DNA of 64,000 nucleotides from Octopus vulgaris (Eukaryota): NCBI GenBank assembly GCA_951406725.2, contig OX597819.1, positions 22,134,001 to 22,198,000 of the forward strand, read 5' to 3'. Shown piece by piece: positions 53,263 to 64,000 of this stretch (position 1 is its first letter; each line of letters starts with the position of its first letter). The notes under the pieces were generated by a model. It saw only the letters and a program-made list of their open reading frames with translations, ran no database searches and was not told where the DNA came from. The position numbers and the translations under genes were made by a program.

Positions 53263-54566
53263 TTTTCTATGGTGTTCTTCCCTACTTGATTATTTCATTT
53301 TATTTCTTTATTATTTTATAATTAGCCTTTATTTATTTATAAAATTAATCTAATTTTTGTATCTCTATACATTCATATTTAGCTTATATAAAACTATATT
53401 GGTATATTCACTATTATAAAAAAAAATGCTTAGATTATAATTTTATAAATATATAATTAGCATAATCCTTTATCTCAATATTCCTTTATTAATACCAGTA
53501 TATACCAATTAATATTCACAGATAGCATCTAATGAGTTAGTATTTAAGTGTACAATATGTATAAATATTAAACTATTTCTGGATAATTTCTTTTCCTCCC
53601 TCTATTGTGGTAAAAGTTTGGTATATACTCAAAAGTATTCATAAATTTCTGTACTTTTGTCATAATATTCTTTTTAATAATCGTCTGAATAACCCTAAAC
53701 TTTAACCGTATACAATATAGCAACATTGTTTAACATATTTAACTATAGTACTAAATGATAAAACTTCCCTTGTTTCATTATCAATGATCTGCTATTGGGC
53801 GACCGCTTTAATTTTAAGCTAACATCTTGTTTTAAGTTTTCCTCATGATATTGCTTCTAATAAATCTTGATTTTTATGACTATACCAACTATGATTTCTA
53901 TCTGATCCCTCAGCCCTACCCCTAACAGATACTGCACTCTGTTCCGTCAACCTTGGATATACAAGTGATTTGGTAAACTAGTCTATATATTAAAATTGAC
54001 CCCATAAAAACAAAAAAAAAAATCAGTGACCGGCAGTCTATGACAACCGTATTAACGATTTCCCTTAATAAGGACTGAATCAGATTTTCCTCCTAATGGT
54101 TTCTAACAATCTTAAAGATCACAGTGTATCCATAGGAAAAATCCAAGAAAAAGAAATAGCACAGTTGGCTGTGAAATGAGTTTATTGTATTATTTATTAC
54201 ACGTGTTTCTGTGAGAATTATAAGAGAGAAAGATTAAAGCTTGGCCCGGTATAAGGATTATCTCCTTCGTCATCGGTTTGTTGCAAATTGATTCTGGCAT
54301 CGGTTTCGATTTCGTTTTCGGTTCTAGACTGGTGAGTCTCACTTTCTATAAAAATATAAATTATATAAAATAATTATTTATATATAGCGAAAACAAATAT
54401 TACCAAATAAAATTGGCTAGCGCTATTAATTATCTTTTTTACTATATCAGCATTTAAATCTTTACAAATTTACAGCCATTAAACGATATAGTTATGATAA
54501 CTTCGATGAATTTAATTGCCAGCTGTTGAGATCTCAAGTGCAGTGTAATTTCGATGACAGCACGAA

Positions 54567-54646
<80 letters not shown>

Positions 54647-54794
54647 TAAAATATAGACAAATACTATAACATTCTCACTTTGACTACTTTATACGTATGT
54701 AATTAAATATACAAACATTTATACAAGGCATAAACAAAATAGGCATAAATATACACACATACATTCATACATGCATGCATACATACATACAAAG

Positions 54795-54825
<31 letters not shown>

Positions 54826-54849
54826 CATACATACATACATACATAATGA

Positions 54850-56630
54850 TTTGACTCTGTTTCCCATTCATGGACGCTAGAAGACCTTCAACTTGTTAAA
54901 GTTCCAGTGAGAATAATCAGAGCCATAGCTAACCTGACTTCATCGTGGACTACCATCTTGAAATTAAAGTGAAAGAGTGATTGTATTATCACCGATATAA
55001 TATAGTATCGGAAAGGCGTATTCCAAGTGGACAGATTCTCTGTAATGTTTTTTATACTTCCTGTAAACCCACTGTCATTCATGTTATGAAAGGGTGTCTC
55101 ACTGATTCACAAGGAAACAGAAATACAAAAAAATTACACACTGTCTCTTGGTGGATGACTAAAATCTCTATGCAAAGAATATACATGAGATGTAAATGAG
55201 ACTTGACCTAATTACAGCATTCTCAAATGATGTAGGGTTGGAGTTTGGTGAGGATAAATGCTGATATATGATTGTGAAAAGGGGGAAAACTATAAACCAG
55301 ACCAGTAACATCTCCAATAATGATTTAACTGTTTACCTTGTATCTGACAAGGAATGTTACAGGTGTCTAGGGATAGATGGAAATCTAATTTACCATGGCA
55401 CCTGTAACAAAACACGTATCATTAAAGAATATTACAGCGGAATAAAGAAAGTTTGGACTTCAAAACTCTCTGCTTTCAATAAAACAGCGACCCAAAATAT
55501 GTTTGCAGTGCCAGTACACATACCAACATTTGGGCTGCTTGATAAGATCCGAGCCATTAATGTGAAAACCTAGGAAATAATAACAAGCTCGCATAATTTC
55601 CACGTAAACAGTAACGTAGACCGCCCCTACCTAAAACGAAAACAAGGCGGTCGAGTCTTAACATCGATCTAAAATGCCTTTGAATGTCGCATCATATCCC
55701 TTCGACAACATTTTGAATCCCCAAGTTTCGAAGTGCTTCCCTTGACCAAGTTTTCGTAAATGAGGCTGATAACACCATAAGATTTGGAAGGCAGCTCCTT
55801 GAGCAACACTCTTTGTCTGGTAACGTAAAATACAAGCTCAAAGACGTTGCATGACTCTACCGCAACGTATCATGAAATGAAAGGATGAGACTATATGAGG
55901 AGAAGACTATGCATGGATATATTGTTAGACGGTTTCGTGATAATAGTAATATCGATCATCAAAGCAGTTTATCATTGACCAGTACCCGGGTTACTACCTC
56001 CCACTTTGAAGGATATGAGATAGCAATCCAGGAACAGGAAATATCAACCAAGTACCTGATGCACAAAATGGATAACGATGCAGGAAAAACCGTAAAATGT
56101 GACAACCGATGCAGACTTTGTGAGGTTCACATTGAAGGTATCACCCACATCAAAAGCAGTTGCCCGAAAATGTCATCAGGGTATTATCTACCGTTGAGAC
56201 ATGGTGATGTAGCTAGGACACTCTGTAATGAAATCTGTTGAGAGGATAATCTAGAGGATAAACAAACAAGAACCCGCAATAAGGTAGAAGCCATTGCCAC
56301 TCATAATAGAAAGGAATACTGGTGGAATGTACCAGTGAAGACCTCAATAAAATGTAAGCACGAAAGAGAACAAGAGAACACCGTGAAAACAGTGAAAAAG
56401 AGAACACCTATGCTGAACTATTGAGATATCTGCAGTTACTCTATCCAGATTACAAGTTCAGGTTTATACCTATAAGTATTAGGGCCCTGGGATATGTAAC
56501 GCACCACTTATTTACCAATCTTGAAGAATCAGGCTTCTCAAAACCAGAAAGTAGAAAGCTAATTCGAAGACCACAGATCAAGTCCATCAGTGGAACTCTA
56601 TAAATCTGTAAAGCTTTCCAGAAGTTTATC
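54850..56630 (+). pseudogene. Degenerate R4/Dong-like element (longer version of 14845-15909)
   Basis: WMDD-like remnant, GLEFGEDKC, CRLCEVHIEGITHIKSSCP. Confidence 0.75.
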
Positions 56631-58079
56631 CTCTGTTTCATTATTAATAGTCTGCAAGAGGACATTCCTTAATTATCAGCTAACATCTTATTTTAAGTTT
56701 TCCCTTACTGAACCTCATGACATTGCTTCTAATAAATCTTGAGTTTAATGACTATACCATCTAGAATGTCTGTTTACTCCCTTAACACTACCCTAATCGG
56801 ATACTGCCCTTTGTTTCTCTCAGCCTTAAATATACAAGGGATTTGATAAACTAGTTTATAAATTAAGAATTACCCCATAAAAAAATCAGTGACAGGCAGT
56901 GTCTTCTTGAAAATGTTTAGTTACGGCTATGCTGTTGTAATTACAACATGCCCTTTGTCTATCTCCTTAACTTTTTAGAGAGTTTAGGTATAATTATACT
57001 AATGTATCCATCTGTTCTAATTTAATTAAGTTCTATGTCTTTGTGCAGCTGAAGATTGCTCTACATTTTAAATTGATATAATGATTGCATTATTCAATTA
57101 AATAGAGTTGCACGAAACGATCGAACAGCATTGCCTCTGGTTAACCTTGTTTCTTATTTTGATTTTAATCACCTTATTTTGTACAAAATTCTGGTGCCTC
57201 AACTTAATTAGCATATTCATCTGAATATATATATATATATAAAACAGAGGCTTTGGGTCAAAATTGTGTGCCCATTTTACTACGTCAGAGTTTGGTGGGC
57301 ATACCAGTTTGGTCGGATCGAGCTGAAAATTGAAACAGGCATAGAAGGCGTAATGAGGCAGAGAGTTGAGTAGCTTAAAACTTGCCATCTGGAAAGATGC
57401 GGTTGCTATGATGAGAAGAGTGATTTTTTATCGATTCAAGGGGGCTCTAAGCCCCTCCAGATTGGCGTGATTGGCATCTAACGCCCAACAGCATGCACTT
57501 TAGGCTGTTGTGCTTTATAATCATGAATTTTGTCGCAAAATTCCGGCTACTAAGCAAACATTTTTCATTGTGAAAAAACGAATGCTTTTTGCCCTCGTTT
57601 ACTTTTAAATTTTTTCTGATCACATTGTAAGCCTTTTCAGGACAAAAATTACATCTGCATGTAGCCCTCGAGAAGCGAAATTTTGCTTTTAAGGTCGAAA
57701 AAGCTTGAAAATTAAACAAGAATGTTGAATGTTTCCTAGCACGTAACGCTTCAAATGACGTCATCGGTGTGAGCAGCAACTTTGCTGCAAACGCATTATC
57801 GATTTTTTTCAATAATAAACTTATTAAGCCAAAGCGCTAGCAAGCTCATGCAAGCTGCCGGTGACCAATCTTTTTATTTCTGCTGTTCACTTACGACGGT
57901 GATTCAGTTGACTAGGAAAACTATACGTGAGGAATATCCAATACCAAACTATCTTAATCTATAAATTGAAACTGCATTAAACTTTGGCAAGCTTACCTTT
58001 ACCTATTCTGAGTTACTTGGAAGGTGATGTCCCCTCCCTCTCTTCTGTTTGTTGATACTTTTTTTTTTTTTACCTTTGA

Positions 58080-58720
58080 TACCGTTGTTTCAATTTAAAG
58101 ATGCTTCTTTACCCATCCATTATGATATTTCGAATGATGTCCATTGTTTCAAATAGGTTTTAGCATTGTCATTCTAGCTTTTTTTTAAACAATCACATAT
58201 GGTTCGTCCCAAAGAATCAACCTTTAAATAAGAGTTTTGCTTCCACTAGCGAAAGCTATACGTATCTTTCAGGAAGCTCCATACCAATTTAACTTTATGC
58301 AGCATTCGTTGTTAGTTTATGTGCACGCTATGTGAGAAGATAGAATATAGGGGCTTTTGTTAGATTTTTCTCTCCGAAAAAAATAGCCCCCTTTGCTGTT
58401 GAAAAAAATAAACTCGCAGAGGGGAAGTTTCAACATTTTCCTTCAATTTCCTTACACCATTTATGTGGCTGTTTCTGGCAAGAAATTTTGATTTCATGTA
58501 AAACAACTATATTTTGTAGTCATTATCTGTAATCTACTCCCAAAACACTTCAGTAGCTCTACTTTACATGGCTTGCAAACTTCTATGTTCTGTGATCATT
58601 AAAAGTGCAACTACCTCCACAATAACCAGCCTTCAATTTGATTTTCCGTTCCTAGGTTAATCGGAAACAGATTACCGTGCTACACATAAGCCTCTTCGGT
58701 AGTTCAATTATTTGGAGAAA
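58080..58720 (-). pseudogene. Possible Ty3/Gypsy RT-RNase H fossil
   Basis: Remnants LTKAPI, LTTNAA, IG, IAFASGSKTL resemble the L..AP.L...LTTDAS..IG...IAFASR.L motifs. Confidence 0.35.
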
Positions 58721-58777
58721 ATACTACGAAAGCAACTTAAACCGTCTAAAGGACGGGTGCGTTTGCTAGTATGTATA

Positions 58778-58993
58778 TACTCTTTTTAATCTTTTACTTG
58801 TTTCAGTCACTTGACTGCGGCCATGCTGGAGCACCGCCTTTAGTCGAGCAAATTGGCCCCAGGACTTATTCTTTGTAAGCCCAGTACTTATTCTATCTGT
58901 TTCTTTTGCCGAACCGCTAAGTGACGGCGACGTAAACACACTAGCATCGGTTGTCAAGCAATGCTAGGGGGACAAACACAGACACACAAACAT

Positions 58994-59052
<59 letters not shown>

Positions 59053-59212
59053 TACGGCGGGCTTCTTTCAGTTTCCGTCTACCAAATCCACTCACAAGGC
59101 TTTGGTCGGCCCGAGGCTATAGTAGAAGAGACTTGCCCAAGGTGCCACGCAGTGGGACTGAACCCGGAACCATGTGGTTGGTAAACAAGCTACTTACCAC
59201 ACAGCCACCCCT
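58778..59212 (-). mobile_element. SINE family A, full length
   Basis: Homologous to the other copies. Confidence 0.85.
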
Positions 59213-59239
59213 GGTGTCTGTATTTCTCACTTCCGACAC

Positions 59240-59468
59240 TTGTCGATCGATGTCAATTTATTTAGGTCTTAGTGGTCTGACACACACACACCGGTAGACT
59301 AAGAACTACACTTAAAATTTATAAGTACAGTACTGGCGTCTATTTGTTCAACTAAACTATTCAAGATGGCCGCAATCATGTAAACTATGAAACATGTTAT
59401 AGATAAAAGACTTTCAATTGTATTTCTGCGCTACTTAAGAAATAGAGAGCAGTCCGTCATAGACTGCC
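59240..59468 (-). other. Gene B last (3' UTR) exon
   Basis: Acceptor tgtttctttttcag|g after a 227-nt intron; AATAAA at 59257-59262; homologous to the gene A last exon. Confidence 0.55.
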
Positions 59469-59700
59469 CTGAAAAAGAAACAGATACATTAAAACTTAAA
59501 ACAAAGAATGGATTCTATGGTTTGTCACTTGAAACATTTAACTGGAAAAGCTTACAACTGTCTTTTCACATTTGAATGAAAGCTAACTGGAATTAGAGGT
59601 AGAAGGGAAGAAGACGGCTGTTACAAGGATAACACAACAGTGATATGGAGAAAATGCATAGAAGCTAAATTAAATAGCTTAAAATATATACTTACCTTTC

Positions 59701-59843
59701 TTAACACTTTCCAACTTGTTTTGATGAAATTTGGACTTGGTTAAGTGGTGAAATTATGCACTCATAATGCCAGCATTTTCCGCCTTTCATGGTCGTCCAG
59801 GTTGTACCTTTTCCAACACACGTGCCATCTTCTTTCAGACACG
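59701..59843 (-). CDS. Gene B cysteine-rich mature-peptide exon (exon 59696-59843, 148 nt)
   Basis: tcttatcaacaaaag|CG TGT...TGT TAA gaaag|gtaagt. Encodes xCLKEDGTCVGKGTTWTTMKGGKCWHYECIISPLNQVQISSKQVGKC*; same Cys framework as gene A. Confidence 0.8.
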
Positions 59844-59905
59844 CTTTTGTTGATAAGAAAACACAATATATATATATATATGTGTATATGTGTGTGTGTA
59901 TGTAT

Positions 59906-59956
<51 letters not shown>

Positions 59957-59989
59957 GAGGTGACACTTCTGAGATATAATCAAGCCATT

Positions 59990-62897
59990 AATTTTTTAAA
60001 TCACTAATCTAAATTTTCATATTATGCAATTAATTTCAGTTATGTGAAAACAAACTTTAAAGCTCGAGATATGTACATATACCCCAGGTCCTTTTATCAT
60101 ACTCAAATTCGGTGTGTGACACACTAATTGTATATATAAGGCAACTTGGTGTAGTTGTGTGTGCTACATATCGCCCTCCAGATGTCCCCAGCCATATAGG
60201 CAAGTTTGAAGACTGCCTTATAAAAATAGAAGTTCTAGTCACATAAGAACAACACATAAGTGTATTTCTTATGGGAGACTTCAAACTACCCAATGTCAGA
60301 TGGTCCGAGGGCCTTTCTCTCCCAGGAATGACACGATGTGAACGAGGACAGGCGAGGTCCCTCCTGAACTTCATCAACACTCTGTACATGGAGCAAGTAA
60401 TACTCCAACCAACCAGGGCAGGTAACATACTGGATCTCTGCTTCACAAATAATATGGATCTTATCCATAATGTGAAAGTTACACCGACACTACTCTCGGA
60501 TCACAACATGGTAGAGCTGACCATGTACGGGCCAAAGGAAAGCATGGACATGCAGCCTACAAGAAACTCTCAGAATCTTTCCAGCTTGAACTTCCATAAG
60601 GCAAACTGGAAACAAATTGAGAAAGAGATCCTCAAACAAAACTGGCCTGAATGTTTCTCCTCGCCAGACATCGACATGAAACTTCAACAATTCATGTCTG
60701 TAATGCAAGCTTTATGCTACAAATGTGTCCCAGAGAGAAAGGCTACTGTACACAAAAGCAAAATCCCCAGAGAGAGGAAAATTCTAATGAGACAGCGTAC
60801 AAAAGTTTCAAATCGCCTAAACAAACAAATTGAAAACAGTGAAAAGTCCCGCCTGAAAATAAAACTATTGGAAATTGAAAAATGTCTGCAACTCTCCCAT
60901 GAAAAAGAAAGACCAGACAAAGAAGCCTGGGCTATAGACAACATAAAATCTAACCCCAGAGCTTTCTACAGGTATGCCAAAGTAACAGCTACGGCGCACT
61001 GTAGGATAGGGCCACTCCTTGAAAAGGATGGCACACTCACAGGAAATCCAATGAGGGTAAGTGAAATACCATATGAGCAATTCAAGAGTATTTTCCCTCC
61101 ATCCCTAGGGCATTTTCAAGTCAGCAATCCAACTGACTTCTTTACCACTGCAGATATAAAAGCAGAGGCAGCGATGATTGATTACATCAATATAAAGGAA
61201 GACGATGTAATAAAGGCTATTGATGAAATGAAAACAAACTCAGCTACTGGCCCCGATGGATTCCCAGCAATCCTTCTAAAAGTATGTAAGAGAGTCCTAG
61301 CAAGACCACTGCAGTTCCTCTTTCAGAGCTTCCTTGCAACTGGCAAACTTCCAAGAAAACTGAAGGAAGGTAAAATATGCCCTATTCGTAAAGGAGGTAG
61401 CAGAGCGGAGGCCAAGAACTACAGACCTATCTCTCTGACCTCACACATCAGCAAGGTCATGGAACGAATAGTCAGAAGGAAACTAATCACCTTCCTTGAA
61501 GAAAATGACTTGCTGCCTGACACCCAACATGGTTTCCGACCAGGAAGAAGCTGCTTAACTCAGCTCTTACAACACTATGACTGGGTGCTGAAACGACTGC
61601 TCAACCACTCAAATGTGGAAGTCATATATCTCGACTTTGCAAAGGCCTTTGATAAAGTCAATCATGGAATGATATGTCACAAACTGCGTGATCTTGGCAT
61701 AGTTGGAAAATTGGGAGAATGGCTTCATGACTTTCTGAAGGATAGAAGTCAGGTGGTAGTAGCCACTTCCATTAACACGCAAATAGTGAGCGGTGTTCCG
61801 CAAGGCACTGTTTTGGGACTACTACTGTTCATAATGGCCCTCTCAGACATGCTCTCAGCCACGCAGATAGCCACGATCACCAGTTATGCAGATGATACAA
61901 AAGTTTCACAGGCAATACAGAACCCTGAAGACACTAAGCACCTGCAATGTGAGCTGGACAAAATATACAGGTGGGCTGAAAAGAATAGCATGCAGTTCAA
62001 TGCTGAAAGTTTCAAGCTTTATGCTATCAGCATGCAAAACTAAATGCAATACCCAATAAATACACTGGACCTGGAGGGATTGCAATCCCAGAGGCACAAT
62101 CAGTGCGAGACCTGGGTATTTACATGAGTGATGATGCAACCTTTCATCTGCATGTTGCTAAATTGGCAATGAAATGTAGGCGGCTGATCGGATGGATTCT
62201 TAGAACCTTTAGAACAATAGACCAGGAAACCATGATGGTCCTCTGGAGGACACTTGTCCTAAGCCACTTTGACTATTGCTCTCAGCTATGGTCACCATCC
62301 AGTGTCAAGTTAATCACAGAACTTGAGGCGATCCAACGAAGCTACACGAAGATAGCCTCTGAACAGCATATAAGCTATTGGGAAAGACTCAAGAGATTGA
62401 GACTCTATTCCTTAGAGCGTAGGCGAGAAAGATATGCCATAATATACATCTGGAAGATCCTAGAAGGACTTGTCCCAAACTTTGGCATCGAGAGTTACAC
62501 AAATGCCAGAACTGGGCGCCACTGCATAGTGCCAATGACTCCAAATTTGCCATCAAGATGTAGGACAAGATACTGTGATAGCCAGGGCTTCCGAAGCCCA
62601 CAGCTCTTCATTATCCTCCCGAAGAACCTATGAGACCTGCATGGGGTGGATGCAGATGTCTTTAAAATAAAACTGGATCTCTTCTTTTCAGGTGTCCCAG
62701 ATGAACCTACTTCCCGGCAGGAGGTGCAGATGAGGGCAGCTGCATCGAACTCTCTCATGCACCAAATGGCAATTGCTAAAAAGCATTCGTGAAGTAAAAT
62801 CATGTAGCAGCACCAAATGGCGGTGCCCCAGCATGGCCACAGCTTGTGAGCTGAAACTAGATAAAATAAAATAAATAAAAAATAAATAAAAATAAAC
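59990..62897 (+). mobile_element. CR1-type LINE ORF2 (AP endonuclease + RT), 5'-truncated and frameshifted, with an (ATAAA)n tail
   Basis: Motifs YRPP, MGDF, GNILDLCFTN, SDH (EN); YRPISL, QHGFR, YLDFAKAFD, SGVPQGTVLG, YADD (RT). The C-terminus continues in ORF 62103-62633. Confidence 0.9.
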
Positions 62898-63239
62898 AAT
62901 ACAGTGATGGGCCGAGAAGTTTTAGAATAATACTGGAGCTGTAAAATATATCATGCTTTAACTTTTAACTCTTTGTATTACTAACTCCATTGTTTTTTGG
63001 CTCTTCTTTGCAAATAAACTGACATCTGATCGTTCAAAAAAGACTTGAAAAGTAATTAGTTGCCAATTCTCCTGAAAATGGAATAAATTTAGCATCGTGA
63101 TGTTATTGAGTTCCAGCAAAAAATGTTTTAGCCGCCGACGATATTCATACTGATATGATTGCTACATTAGGGATGAAACTCGTAGGGAATAATTTATCTA
63201 TTCGTTTTTAACCCTAGGATTCATAACACTGGTTACCCA

Positions 63240-63702
63240 GCTTCCATGGCGTTTAACCAATTTCTCTGTGAACGGGAGATCTATCCGCCAAAGGTTTTTA
63301 TGTCAGCAATTTTTGAGGAGAGGGAACTAGTATATTTCATCGACTTCGATATTTGACTGGCACCTTAAATTTCGACGCCTAAGGGATGAAAAATAAAATT
63401 GAATTTAGCGAGATTTAAATTTAGAATCCGGACGAAATGCACCTAAACATTTTCTTCGGCCTGCTAAATATATTTCTTTACTACCCACAAGGGGCTAAAC
63501 ACAGAGGTGACAAACAAGGACAGACGAACGGATTAAGTCGATTATATCGACCCCAGTGCGTAACCGGTACTTAATTTATCGACCCCGAAAGGATGAAAGG
63601 CAAAGTCGACTTCGGCGGAATTTGAACCCAGAACGTAACGGCAGACGAAATACGGCTACGCATTTCGCTCGGCGTGCTAACGATTCTGCCAGCTCGCCGC
63701 CT
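63240..63702 (-). mobile_element. SINE family C (63473-63702) followed by an older related monomer
   Basis: Reverse-complement homolog of 24523-24940. Confidence 0.75.
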
Positions 63703-64000
63703 TATAGTCTACCAACTCACCAGAGTCGTTGTTGCGCCTGCCAAAATGCTTTGTCATATTTAGCTAACTTTCTTTACGTACTAAGCTCAAACCCTTCTGT
63801 GTTGGACGTTGCCTTTCGTCAATCAAATTAAATAAACCGAGAATCTGGGGTTGATATAACCGTCTGTGTGTTGGAGTCTCACAGTTAACCCTGGTTGAAG
63901 ATCAGTAATGAACCTTACCAAACAAGGCCTATCACATTTAAAAGAATGCAAATACAAACGTTTCCTGGTGTCATGCTGTTTTAAAACATGTAGTGAAGAG

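Noticed and set aside
57098-57812. ORFs of 96 and 121 aa in unique-looking DNA
   Set aside because: No recognisable motifs and no consistent exon chain; cannot be supported without transcripts.
63918-63975. Possible signal-peptide exon for gene B (aacag|cATG MTPGNVCICILLNVIGLV TG|gtaagg, minus strand)
   Set aside because: The donor is phase 2 while the Cys exon needs phase 1; the h-region is weak and there is little similarity to the gene A signal exon. The true exon probably lies beyond the window.

Overview
Eukaryotic, AT-rich, microsatellite-dense animal DNA. The SINE/LINE repertoire suggests an octopod cephalopod (inference, no search run). Almost all of the provided short ORFs are translations of (TA)n/(CA)n/(TAA)n/(GA)n repeats. 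The long ORFs are non-LTR retrotransposons: several R4/Dong-type RT+restriction-like-endonuclease elements sitting in (TAA)n tracts, and one CR1-type LINE. The window also holds Penelope-like fossils, Tx1/L1 ORF1-only elements, a mariner fossil, MITEs and at least four SINE families. Hidden among the repeats, and mostly missed by the ORF track, are two tandem minus-strand paralogs about 36 kb apart encoding a small secreted cysteine-rich peptide. Gene A has a candidate TATA/Inr exon at 48711-48751, a signal-peptide exon at 37563-37653, a 148-nt Cys exon at 23629-23776 and a last exon ending at 23401. Gene B has a 148-nt Cys exon at 59696-59843 and a last exon ending at 59468; its 5' exons were not found. 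By hand count the two Cys exons share about 45% nucleotide and 28% amino-acid identity, less than the adjacent 227-nt intron, yet all five Cys codons are identical, a toxin/effector-like pattern. A second layer is a set of minimal type I hammerhead ribozyme motifs from several Penelope-type repeat families.
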